Source: Raphidiopsis brookii D9
Lineage (GTDB): Bacteria; Cyanobacteriota; Cyanobacteriia; Cyanobacteriales; Nostocaceae
Assembly (NCBI GenBank): GCA_000175855.1
Contig: ACYB01000042.1
Span: 210,001-242,000 of the forward strand
Reading direction: 5' to 3'
Length of the DNA stretch: 32,000 bases
Position numbers and translations under genes: made by a program. Below, piece after piece: positions 21,677-29,608 of this stretch; within the stretch, counting starts at the first letter, position 1; every line of letters begins with the position of its first letter. The notes beneath the pieces were generated by a model. It had not been told where the DNA came from and did not search any database. It saw only the letters and a list, made by a program, of their open reading frames with translations.

Positions 21677-21709
21677 AGCCGTGTGCGGTGAAAGTCGCAA
21701 GCACGGTTT
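21676..21709 (+). ncRNA. Group II intron domain V (catalytic hairpin)
   Basis: AAGCCGTGTGCGGT-GAAA-GTCGCAAGCACGGTTT has the AGC triad, a GAAA tetraloop and a 2-nt AA bulge, close to the DV consensus. Confidence 0.85.
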
Positions 21710-21808
21710 TGCAGCCGAGTTATCCGAGTAATTGGGTAGTTTAGGTAACTAATTCGTCTTCAGGCTGGTTCGATTCCAGCAGGGCGCACTTAACTGCAAC
21801 ACAATTAA

Positions 21809-22489
21809 CTACATACCTTGTTGTTTAACTGGGTCCTCTAGACCCAACTCATGGAAAGCTGCCCAGCGCAACTGACAGGAGTCGCATACACCACAGGGTT
21901 GTTGGTCACCACTATAACAAGACCAGGTTAATTCCCAGGGTACACCTAAAAGGTTACCCAACTGGATAATTTGGCTTTTAGTTAAATTAATCAGGGGTGC
22001 GACAATGTCAATCCTCTTTCCTTCCCGACCCTGTTTAGTTCCTAAACGGAAAACCTCCTGCATGGCATGGATATAATCAGGACGACAGTCAGGATAGCCA
22101 GAATAATCTAAAGCGTTAACACCTATGTATACCCGTTCAGCCCTAATTGCTTCAGCATAGGCGAGAGCAAAGCTCAAAAAAATGGTATTCCGAGCAGGGA
22201 CATAGGTGATGGGAATGGACCCCGACATTTGGTCTAGGGGACGATTCTGAGGAACAGGGATGGAATTATCAGTTAAAGCTGATCCCCCCCAAGAACGTAA
22301 ATCAAAGGTGACCAGTTGATGTTCAACCACTTCTAGAGATTGGGCGATAGATATAGCTGATTGTAACTCTCGTCGATGTCGCTGGTGATAATCAAAAGAA
22401 ATAACATAGCATTCATAACCGTCTGCACGAGCCTGATATAAGACTGTAGACGAATCCAAACCTCCGGACAAAAGAATTACAGCTTTCAT
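21809..22489 (-). CDS. queC: 7-cyano-7-deazaguanine synthase
   Basis: MKAVILLSGGLDSST PP-loop and a C-terminal Cys cluster (CYSGDQQPCGVCDSC). The track ORF extends to 22657, but the conserved N-terminus begins at the ATG at 22489. Confidence 0.92.
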   Translation of the reverse strand: MKAVILLSGGLDSSTVLYQARADGYECYVISFDYHQRHRRELQSAISIAQSLEVVEHQLVTFDLRSWGGSALTDNSIPVPQNRPLDQMSGSIPITYVPARNTIFLSFALAYAEAIRAERVYIGVNALDYSGYPDCRPDYIHAMQEVFRLGTKQGREGKRIDIVAPLINLTKSQIIQLGNLLGVPWELTWSCYSGDQQPCGVCDSCQLRWAAFHELGLEDPVKQQGM

Positions 22490-22638
22490 AATTGATTTTT
22501 GGTAAACTTCAAGGTAAATTGGGAATTGAACATAAAAAAAAACATAAATTTGAAAAATTTTAAAATTCTTCATAAACTGGGCTACTATGTTACCATTTGG
22601 ATGGTTTTGCACGGATAATGTTTGACAGTTTAGTATAA

Positions 22639-23768
22639 TTGCCAACAGCCGTAGCATTTTTTAATTTGGTGGTTGAGGAGAAAACAATAGTGCACAACAA
22701 TAGTATATCAGTTGCGGAACCAAACCTATACTCACAACGCACCCAACCGCGTGCAATTCGCATGGGGGTGATTGGTGTAGGTAACATGGGTCAACATCAT
22801 GCCCGGTTGCTCAGTTCCATGAAAGATGTGGAGCTAGTGGGGGTTTCTGATATTAACGTGGAGAGAGGAATAGAAACTGCCAGCAGGTATAAAGTTAGAT
22901 TTTTTGAAGAATACTGTGATTTATTACCCCATGTAGATGCTGTTTGTATTGTGGTGCCAACGAGACTCCATTATGCTGTAGGCATTAACTGTTTGCTTGC
23001 TGGAATTCACGTACTAATTGAAAACCCATTGCCGCGAGCATTCCCGAAGCAGAGTCTCTAGTAAATGCTGCCGCCCAATCCCAATGTATTTTACAGGTTG
23101 GACACATTGAGCGATTTAACCCAGCTTTTAGAGAACTAAGCCAGGTGTTGAAAACCGAAGAGGTTTTAGCATTAGAGTCCCATAGGATGAGCCCCTATTC
23201 AAGTCGAGCTAATGATGTATCAGTGGTACTAGACCTAATGATACATGACATAGACTTGCTGTTAGAGTTAGCTGGTTCATCAGTGGTCAAATTAACAGCC
23301 AATGGCACACGTTCCCTAGATTCAGGATATTTAGATTACGTCACTGCTACCCTAGGGTTTGCGAATGGCATTGTGGCCACTCTCACAGCTAGTAAGGTCA
23401 CCCACCGAAAAATTCGCCGCATCGTCGCTCATTGTAAAAATTCACTTACGGAAGCTGATTTTCTCAACAATGAAATTTTTATTCATCGACAAAATACCAA
23501 TCCCCAGAACGACCGTCAGACTCTTTATAGACAAGATGGCATCATAGAAAAAGTCTATACTAGTAACATTCAACCCTTAAGTGCCGAGTTGGAACATTTT
23601 GTCAACTGTGTACGTGGGGGTAATCAGCCTTCTGTTGGTGGTGAACAAGCTCTAAAAGCTTTGAGACTGGCCAGTTTAATTGAGCAAATGGCCCTGGAAG
23701 AAAGAGTTTGGAATCCCTTAGAATGGCAGTCTGAATCTGTGTCCCAATCCCTAACCTCTAGCGTTTAG
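22639..23768 (+). pseudogene. Gfo/Idh/MocA family NAD(P)-dependent oxidoreductase, broken by one frameshift
   Basis: ORFs 22639-23061 (Rossmann GVIGVGNMGQHH) and 23145-23768 (C-terminal domain) belong together. Adding one A to the A4 run at 23021-23024 gives ...VLIEKPIAASIPEAESLVNAAAQSQCILQVGHIERFNPAF... in one frame. The N-terminal start is uncertain. Confidence 0.85.
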
Positions 23769-23863
23769 GAATGGCCATGGACTAAACTTACCAGTGGGAA
23801 ATGGGAGACTTATTAACCTAATTCTCCAGCAAGCACCAAGGACACACTTACAAACAATTCAGT

Positions 23864-24493
23864 ATGCTCGAATGGATTACCAACACAATTAACTCTCTAG
23901 GATATATAGGAATTGCTATGATGATGTTCCTAGAAAATCTCTTTCCTCCTATACCCTCGGAACTGATTATGCCATTGGCAGGATTTACAGCCAGTCCCTA
24001 TCAACCAGGAGGAGCAAAACTGAATATCATTGGGGTGTTTTTTTCGGGACTGGTGGGCTCGACACTTGGTGCCCTTATATGGTACTATCCAGGCAAGTTG
24101 TTACAAGAACAACAGTTGAAAAAACTGGCTAGAAAATATGGTAAGTGGTTGGCTATATCCAGCGATGATATTGATAAGGCTAAAACCTGGTTTAATAGAC
24201 AGGGTGGCAAGGCGGTTTTAATGGGTCGTTTAGTACCGGGAATCCGCACCTTGATTTCCATTCCTGCTGGGATGGCCAACATGCCCATGTTGCCCTTCTT
24301 GCTGTATACCACCCTTGGTAGTGCAGTATGGGTTGGCTTTTTGACATATTCCGGATACCTTTTGGGAACCCAGTATAAGCTTGTGGAAGAATACATAGAC
24401 CCCATATCCAAAATTGTTTTGGTTGGTATATTAGTATTATTTTTCTTTGGGTATTTAAGCGCAAAAGTCAACAGATCCGTAGATAAATTCTGA
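23864..24493 (+). CDS. DedA family membrane protein
   Basis: 209 aa. FLENLFPPIPSE motif and GRLVPGIRTLISIPAG motif, typical of DedA/SNARE-associated proteins. Confidence 0.88.
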   Translation: MLEWITNTINSLGYIGIAMMMFLENLFPPIPSELIMPLAGFTASPYQPGGAKLNIIGVFFSGLVGSTLGALIWYYPGKLLQEQQLKKLARKYGKWLAISSDDIDKAKTWFNRQGGKAVLMGRLVPGIRTLISIPAGMANMPMLPFLLYTTLGSAVWVGFLTYSGYLLGTQYKLVEEYIDPISKIVLVGILVLFFFGYLSAKVNRSVDKF

Positions 24494-24598
24494 ATAGATA
24501 ACGATCCGCAACGGCAATTGGTAAGACTAGTTCAGAAACTATGTCAACATGTTAACTTCTTAGAATCAAGACCACCAAGTCAACAAACAGGAGACTTC

Positions 24599-25753
24599 AT
24601 GACAGAATCAACCCCCGTAGCCAATCCAATTAATTTGGCCGCTGTGCCTATGAATAGTGGCATTAGTAGACCAACTGTACCCAGCATCAGCTCTGCTCAT
24701 AAGCCAACTACTACTTCTGGAAAAAATATTCTTAGTGTTGATTTGGGCAGAACTTCTACTAAGACCTGCATAACTCGCGAACCAGGAACTGTAGTTTTTA
24801 TTCCCTCCAATGTTAAGCATATGTCCGCTGAACAGATACGGAGTGGAGTATTTGAAAGTAAAACGGCCGATCCCCTGATGGATTTGTGGTTGGAATATCA
24901 AGGAAGTGGCTATGCGGCCGGTCAATTAGCAGCAGACTTTGGTGCAGATCTAGGTGTTGGCAAATCTAAGGTAGAGGATGCTTTAATAAAAGTATTAGCT
25001 GCTGCTGGTTATTTCAAGCTACAAGAAGAAATTTCTGTAGTTTTAGGCCTACCCTTCCTTTCCCTAGAACAATTTGAAAAAGAAAAAGCACAGTTAATTA
25101 GCTTGTTGACTGGTCAACACATTGTTAACTTTCGTGGTGAGTCTATATCTGTCAGTATTACTAAAGTTTGGGTAATGCCAGAGGGCTATGGTAGTCTTTT
25201 GTGGACAGAGTCTCAACCAAATAAGAGTCCCTTAGTTCCCGATTTAACGAAAATTTCCGTGGGAATTGTGGATATTGGTCATCAAACCATTGATTTGATC
25301 ATGGTTGATCACTTTCGCTTTGCCCGAGGTCTTTCTCAAAGTGAAGATTTTGGCATGAGTGAGTTCTATCAGAGAGTTGCAGGCGAAATTGAGGGTGCTG
25401 ATAGCCAGTCTTTAGCACTTATTTCTGCTGTAAACAAACCAAAAGGTGAACGTTTTTATCGTCCTAAAGGCGTTACCAAGCCAACTAACCTGGATGATGT
25501 TCTCCCCAACTTGACGGAGCAGTTTTCTCGCGAAATTTGCTCTCGTGTCTTAGCTTGGTTGCCAGATCGGGTGACCGATGTAATTATCACCGGTGGTGGA
25601 GGTGAGTTCTTCTGGGGAGATATACAACGATTGCTTAAAGAGGCTAAAATTAACGCTTATTTGGCTGCTCCCTCTCGCGAAGCTAATGCTTTGGGACAAT
25701 ATCTTTATGGTGAAGCTCAATTATCTTCTAGTCGCGGTGTTGCTAGGCAATAA
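24599..25753 (+). CDS. ParM/StbA-like actin-fold ATPase
   Basis: Actin-fold motifs are in the correct order: phosphate-1 VDLGRTSTK, phosphate-2 VDIGHQTIDL, adenosine ITGGGGEF. A ~50-aa P/S/T-rich N-terminal extension precedes them. Start chosen at the ATG at 24599, preceded by AGGAG (24589-24593); the track ORF starts at a TTG at 24518. Confidence 0.65.
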   Translation: MTESTPVANPINLAAVPMNSGISRPTVPSISSAHKPTTTSGKNILSVDLGRTSTKTCITREPGTVVFIPSNVKHMSAEQIRSGVFESKTADPLMDLWLEYQGSGYAAGQLAADFGADLGVGKSKVEDALIKVLAAAGYFKLQEEISVVLGLPFLSLEQFEKEKAQLISLLTGQHIVNFRGESISVSITKVWVMPEGYGSLLWTESQPNKSPLVPDLTKISVGIVDIGHQTIDLIMVDHFRFARGLSQSEDFGMSEFYQRVAGEIEGADSQSLALISAVNKPKGERFYRPKGVTKPTNLDDVLPNLTEQFSREICSRVLAWLPDRVTDVIITGGGGEFFWGDIQRLLKEAKINAYLAAPSREANALGQYLYGEAQLSSSRGVARQ

Positions 25754-25758
25754 AAACA

Positions 25759-26208
25759 ATGTTCCAGTGGTCAAGAAAGACAGTTAAATCCGTAAGTTTT
25801 AGTCCTGGGATTAGCGATGAGAGTCTACTGGCACAGGTGGAAAGTTATTTGCAGGTAAACCCCGGAAAGACTTTTAGTGACCTCTGTAAGGAATCTCTTT
25901 GGCAGTACCTGTGTGGTCTGGAATCCTCCTCGCCCACCCGTGGTACAATCCCCCTGTCTCCAGAGCAAAAAATCAGCGAGTTACAACGTCAGGTCAAGGA
26001 GCTTGAACAGCACTTTTTTGCTAGGGAATCTCATATTCTGCAACTTAGTCAACAGATAGCCCAACTTGCCAACGTGATCAATCAGGGACAATCTGTAGTT
26101 TCACAATTAAGCTTAGGCGCATTGAAACCGTCTGTTTCTCAACCGGTTCCAGTGGAAAAACCTGATCCTGTAATTGATAGGTTAAGCAGTTTAATAGATG
26201 ATTTTTAG
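25759..26208 (+). CDS. Small partner protein: putative N-terminal ribbon-helix-helix, central coiled coil, acidic C-terminal tail
   Basis: 149-aa ORF starting 5 nt after the ParM-like stop. KSVSFSP (beta strand), DESLLAQVESYLQ (helix) and GKTFSDLCKESLWQYL (helix) look like an RHH. ISELQRQVKELEQ...LSQQIAQLANV looks like a coiled coil. The protein ends in LSSLIDDF. Confidence 0.5.
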   Translation: MFQWSRKTVKSVSFSPGISDESLLAQVESYLQVNPGKTFSDLCKESLWQYLCGLESSSPTRGTIPLSPEQKISELQRQVKELEQHFFARESHILQLSQQIAQLANVINQGQSVVSQLSLGALKPSVSQPVPVEKPDPVIDRLSSLIDDF

Positions 26209-26210
26209 CT

Positions 26211-26257
26211 GAAATCGCCGAAAGGTACGAAAACAGAGAGTGCCTTTCGGCGATTTC
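26211..26257. terminator. Perfect 15-bp hairpin between convergent genes
   Basis: GAAATCGCCGAAAGG (26211-26225) pairs with CCTTTCGGCGATTTC (26243-26257) across a 17-nt loop. It lies between the stops at 26208 (+) and 26261 (-). Confidence 0.6.
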
Positions 26258-26260
26258 CTC

Positions 26261-26848
26261 CTAGTACTTTATTTGCCATCTTTTCCACAAATAACTAGCC
26301 AAGCAATTTGTGCAAGTGTGCGCTACAATAGGTACTAGTAAGTTACCACTCCATAGAGCACCATAGGATAGAACTATGCCGATAATTGTTGCCCACACCA
26401 CGTAGGGCCACTGTTTGGTGCCAGTGAGGTGCAGAACTCCAAAACAAAGACTGGAAATTATCACGGCTACATGATCTGAACCTAAAGCGGGTAGCATTAC
26501 ACCACGAAACAACAGTTCTTCGCTTAAACCAGGTAGCAGTCCTAACCATATTAAGTCAGGTAAAACCAAGGGTTTAAGTACCATACGAAGGTAATAATCA
26601 GCACTTTCACGATACTCAGAAGAAAGTCGATAGGCTAAACTGCTGAAAATGGTGATGCTCAAACCCAATCCTAAACCCCAAACTAAGTGTGTGGGTTGCC
26701 AGTACAACCTAAATAAGATAACATCTCCAAACCCTAACCAAAGTTTGGCAACTGTCCATAGGATAATGGCTGTTATTCCCATGGCTATTAGAACTTGGGT
26801 GCGTGAAAGCTCTGGGATCTCTGGTTCTTGTTTTTGTTGCTCTACCAC
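26261..26848 (-). CDS. CPBP family intramembrane glutamic endopeptidase (CAAX protease-like)
   Basis: Polytopic 195-aa protein with the SEELLFRG and FGVLH motifs and a later HTxxN region. Confidence 0.85.
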   Translation of the reverse strand: MVEQQKQEPEIPELSRTQVLIAMGITAIILWTVAKLWLGFGDVILFRLYWQPTHLVWGLGLGLSITIFSSLAYRLSSEYRESADYYLRMVLKPLVLPDLIWLGLLPGLSEELLFRGVMLPALGSDHVAVIISSLCFGVLHLTGTKQWPYVVWATIIGIVLSYGALWSGNLLVPIVAHTCTNCLASYLWKRWQIKY

Positions 26849-26888
26849 GGGTGTTAATTAGTTATCGCAAACGGCTGGGAAAAATAAA

Positions 26889-27917
26889 TTATTCTCTTAA
26901 TAATGCTTGGGGATTTACTCCGGCTTTATGAGATGCCAATACACCTATTGCCTCTAAATAAGAGGTTACTTGTATAGCTTTGATTCCTAAAGATGCAGCA
27001 GGTACGTTGATTAGTGTCTCATTGCCTGTAACCGTGACTATTTGACACTGTTTCTGACTTAGGCTCATGAGCAGACTACTACCACAAGCACCCGCAGGTG
27101 ATATGACAGCGTCTATCTCCTCTACCCAAATATCCCCAGGTAAACTTTTGTTTTTTTCACTGGTAATAAATTGGGGTGCACGACTCAGACCCACTAAAAC
27201 AGATGGCATATAAGTATAACCTATTTCTTCAGCAGCTGCAAGAGGTGATAAATCCAATTCGGGCAGTGATGTTGCTAAAGCTGGAGCATGGGCGCAAGGA
27301 ATTTTAAAATTTCGCACCAATAAATGACTAATTACAGCTTCAGCACCTGCTACCGGGTCCACCCCCTTTCCCTGACGATATTTTTCCTCCCCTTCCATAC
27401 TATCAGGAAATCTCCCTACTATTGCTATGGCTTCTACTTTTTCCGTGGTTACCAATTTTGCCGCCGCCCGTAACAAACTATCTGGGTTAGATATAGTTCC
27501 CCAACTTATTCCAGATGCTGATACACCTATTTCTACCCCTAGTGAAGTATCCGTAACTATACTGTCTACAATGTTTAAACCTAGGGTTGCTCTGGCCCCA
27601 TCCACCGTTTGTAAGTGCCGCAGCATTAAATCTGGCTCTATGGCTTTGTCTAAAATTACCCCTATTTTATTACTACGCACCGGGCGCAGTCCCCACTCTC
27701 CGGAGGCAAACTTATCTAAACCGTATCCCTCTACATAGTAAGAATTGGATATATTCCAGTATAGACTTGCACCATTCAGTACGTTGGGATGGGTAATCAG
27801 GCGATCGCACACCTGCGACATGACCCTAGCTAATGGTATCGCATCACCTGCGTAACCACCAATAGTAGCGCCTATGCCAGTTGGTATAATAAGAACTGCA
27901 GTGTATGGGCGTTTCAT
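26889..27917 (-). CDS. DUF3326-like conserved cyanobacterial/plant protein
   Basis: 342-aa ORF. The N-terminus TAVLIIPTGIGATIGGYAGDA matches what I recall of DUF3326. Function unknown. Confidence 0.65.
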   Translation of the reverse strand: MKRPYTAVLIIPTGIGATIGGYAGDAIPLARVMSQVCDRLITHPNVLNGASLYWNISNSYYVEGYGLDKFASGEWGLRPVRSNKIGVILDKAIEPDLMLRHLQTVDGARATLGLNIVDSIVTDTSLGVEIGVSASGISWGTISNPDSLLRAAAKLVTTEKVEAIAIVGRFPDSMEGEEKYRQGKGVDPVAGAEAVISHLLVRNFKIPCAHAPALATSLPELDLSPLAAAEEIGYTYMPSVLVGLSRAPQFITSEKNKSLPGDIWVEEIDAVISPAGACGSSLLMSLSQKQCQIVTVTGNETLINVPAASLGIKAIQVTSYLEAIGVLASHKAGVNPQALLRE

Positions 27918-27934
27918 CAGGTCAAGGCAATAGG

Positions 27935-28105
27935 TTAACGGGTAACTACTGCTTCCACGGTTGCTTTTTCTCTGATAGTATCTACAGAGGTTACAGCCCA
28001 GCGGAGGGGTTGACCTTGTTTTTTGATTTCTGCTTCAATGGTTTGTTGTAATTCTGCGGGGTTTTCTTGCAGATCTATTTCAGCGGTAATGAAATGGGTA
28101 GTCAT
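27935..28105 (-). CDS. Small 56-aa ORF (MTTHFITAEIDLQENPAELQQTIEAEIKKQGQPLRWAVTSVDTIREKATVEAVVTR), absent from the ORF track
   Basis: ATG at 28105 and TAA at 27937-27935. It ends 17 nt upstream of the DUF3326 start on the same strand. The composition looks coding. Confidence 0.5.
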   Translation of the reverse strand: MTTHFITAEIDLQENPAELQQTIEAEIKKQGQPLRWAVTSVDTIREKATVEAVVTR

Positions 28106-28199
28106 TTTGGTAAAGGTATTGATTTACGGTACTGATTCTAGTGAAGTACGGCCATTAGTTGTTAATTAGTTATTAATTATTAATATTAATTATTGGTTG

Positions 28200-28520
28200 T
28201 TAGTTGGCTGTACCAAATTGCTTTTGATAGACCACTTCTTCCTTTTCCGTTTCAATTTTTAGGTCTGAAAGAGGTTTAGCGACACAAAGCAAAGCATAAC
28301 CTTGGGCTTGCAGTTCTATTCCTACACCCATACCATCTGATTGATCAACAGTCCCTTCTGTAATTAAAGCTGCACAAGTGGTACATACTCCTGCGTGGCA
28401 GGAGGAAGGTAGGTCTAGTCCTGCTTGGTCAGCAACAGACAGTACGGTTTCACCTTTAGGAACTTCTAAATTATACTTTTTGCCTTGATGGTTGATTTCT
28501 ACGTGAAAGGTTTGGGTCAT
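28200..28520 (-). CDS. Plant-type [2Fe-2S] ferredoxin
   Basis: 106 aa. Cluster ligands SCHAGVCTTCAA...LLCVA sit in the canonical C-x4-C-x2-C...C spacing. Confidence 0.92.
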   Translation of the reverse strand: MTQTFHVEINHQGKKYNLEVPKGETVLSVADQAGLDLPSSCHAGVCTTCAALITEGTVDQSDGMGVGIELQAQGYALLCVAKPLSDLKIETEKEEVVYQKQFGTAN

Positions 28521-28592
28521 AAATTACCGATGCGTAAAAATGTGGTCTTTGAAAAAAATGCGAGAAAATAATGATCCGCAAACCATTATATC

Positions 28593-29576
28593 CTAGGAAT
28601 TGGGAAATTGGAAGAAGACCATTTTTGTCCCGACTACGGGACTTCTGGCAATTAGTTGATTCTGAGCATTAAGGATTTTTACATGAATCAGATCCATTTC
28701 TTGACAGCTCTTTAATATTTTTGCTGCTAACTTTTCCTTTTGTGAAGATTCTAATTTATACCAAGCCTCAGTTGTTTTGATAACTATCTCACTTATACGG
28801 AAATTAGTTTTAATTGATTGAACAATTTCTACCTCTATTCTTTGTTTATCTTTGGTTATTATATTTGTTGCGGTGATTTCTTTTAGCTGCTTTTCTATAA
28901 ACCCAGTTACTTCCTGTTGTGGTATTAATTCTGCTTGTGATTTGAGGATCGAATCGGTTGGTGGTTGACCTAATTGGGTTTCAGTTTTACCCTCAACAGT
29001 AGAATCGGTTGGTGGTTGACCTAATTGGGCTTCAGTTTTGTCATCAACAGTAGAATCAGTTAGTGGTTGACCTAGTTGGGGTTCAGTTTTACCCTCAACA
29101 GTAGAATCGGTTGGTGGTTGACCTAATTGGGTTTCAGTTTTGTCATCAACAGTAGAATCAGTTGATGATTGACTTGATTGGGGAACTGATGGAGAACCTA
29201 TTTGGGAAATCAAAGAAGTTGCTGTAACACCAATTGCCAACACTGCAAGAAAGGCAAAAATCATAGTCAAGAAACCATCGGATACATTATTAGCCACCTT
29301 AGAAGGTAAAAACAGACGAAACCCCCGTAAAAACTCATCCCATTTGGTAACAACCCATAGTAGGAGACCTCCTTTTTCTGGAGTCGTAGAAGCGGGGGAA
29401 GTCTCCAACCTAGTTACCATTGTCTCGAGAATTCCTATTGTCCCACGCAGCACCTGAATAATTAAAATTTTCCAAAATAGCGGTTTTTTATGGTATGCTC
29501 CCGAGGGAGATGTTTCTGGCAATTGTTGTTTAGACCTGGGCTTTTTATCTTGGGACATAATTAAATGTGTAAACAC
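28593..29576 (-). CDS. Hypothetical single-pass membrane protein with 17-aa tandem repeats
   Basis: 327-aa ORF with a TM helix (FLTMIFAFLAVLAIGVTATSLI), followed by about 4.5 copies of TDSTV(D/E)(D/G)KTExQLGQP(P/L), then a C-terminal globular region. Confidence 0.55.
   Translation of the reverse strand: MFTHLIMSQDKKPRSKQQLPETSPSGAYHKKPLFWKILIIQVLRGTIGILETMVTRLETSPASTTPEKGGLLLWVVTKWDEFLRGFRLFLPSKVANNVSDGFLTMIFAFLAVLAIGVTATSLISQIGSPSVPQSSQSSTDSTVDDKTETQLGQPPTDSTVEGKTEPQLGQPLTDSTVDDKTEAQLGQPPTDSTVEGKTETQLGQPPTDSILKSQAELIPQQEVTGFIEKQLKEITATNIITKDKQRIEVEIVQSIKTNFRISEIVIKTTEAWYKLESSQKEKLAAKILKSCQEMDLIHVKILNAQNQLIARSPVVGTKMVFFQFPNS
28951..29190. repeat. 51-bp tandem repeat, about 4.5 copies, in frame within the CDS
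   Basis: Units start at 28951, 29002, 29053, 29104 and 29155, an exact 51-bp period. Alternating variants give a 102-bp higher-order unit. Confidence 0.9.
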
Positions 29577-29608
29577 TAGCTAATATATACTAATACATAT
29601 CAACGGTT

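Larger units (their letters stand above)
19486..21749 (+). mobile_element. ORF-containing group II intron (chloroplast-like/IIB-type architecture with an En-domain IEP)
   Basis: 5' GTGCG at 19486. ORF lies in domain IV. Canonical domain V is at 21676-21709. The domain VI helix has a bulged A at 21743, 6 nt before the 3' end (...AAC, AY rule). Confidence 0.88.
19452..21788 (+). tRNA. tRNA with anticodon CAT (Ile2-lysidine-like or elongator Met), interrupted by a group II intron
   Basis: Exon 1 (19452-19485) joined to exon 2 (21750-21788) gives a 73-nt cloverleaf. Acceptor GCGCCTT/AGGGCGC, U8, A14, G18G19, anticodon stem ACGAA/TTCGT, loop CTCATAA, T-arm GCTGG-TTCGATT-CCAGC, discriminator A. 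Confidence 0.7.

Noticed and set aside
21789-21808. A functional link between the tRNA gene and the adjacent queC (a tRNA-modification pathway gene).
   Set aside because: The genes are convergent and only their 3' ends are close. Queuosine modifies GUN-anticodon tRNAs, not CAU tRNAs. The adjacency is most likely coincidental.
28106-28199. AT-only tract with repeated TTAAT(T/A) words (28162, 28173, 28180, 28186) and a GTACT...AGTAC inverted repeat (28129-28149), considered as a regulator-binding site such as NtcA.
   Set aside because: The spacing does not fit GTA-N8-TAC, and the TTAAT words are irregularly spaced. It looks like generic AT-rich promoter or terminator spacer. I have no evidence beyond composition.
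28951-29190. Regular direct repeats that could look like a CRISPR array.
   Set aside because: The repeats are contiguous with no unique spacers, have an exact 51-bp period, are in frame and encode a repeated peptide inside a long ORF. This is a coding tandem repeat, not CRISPR.
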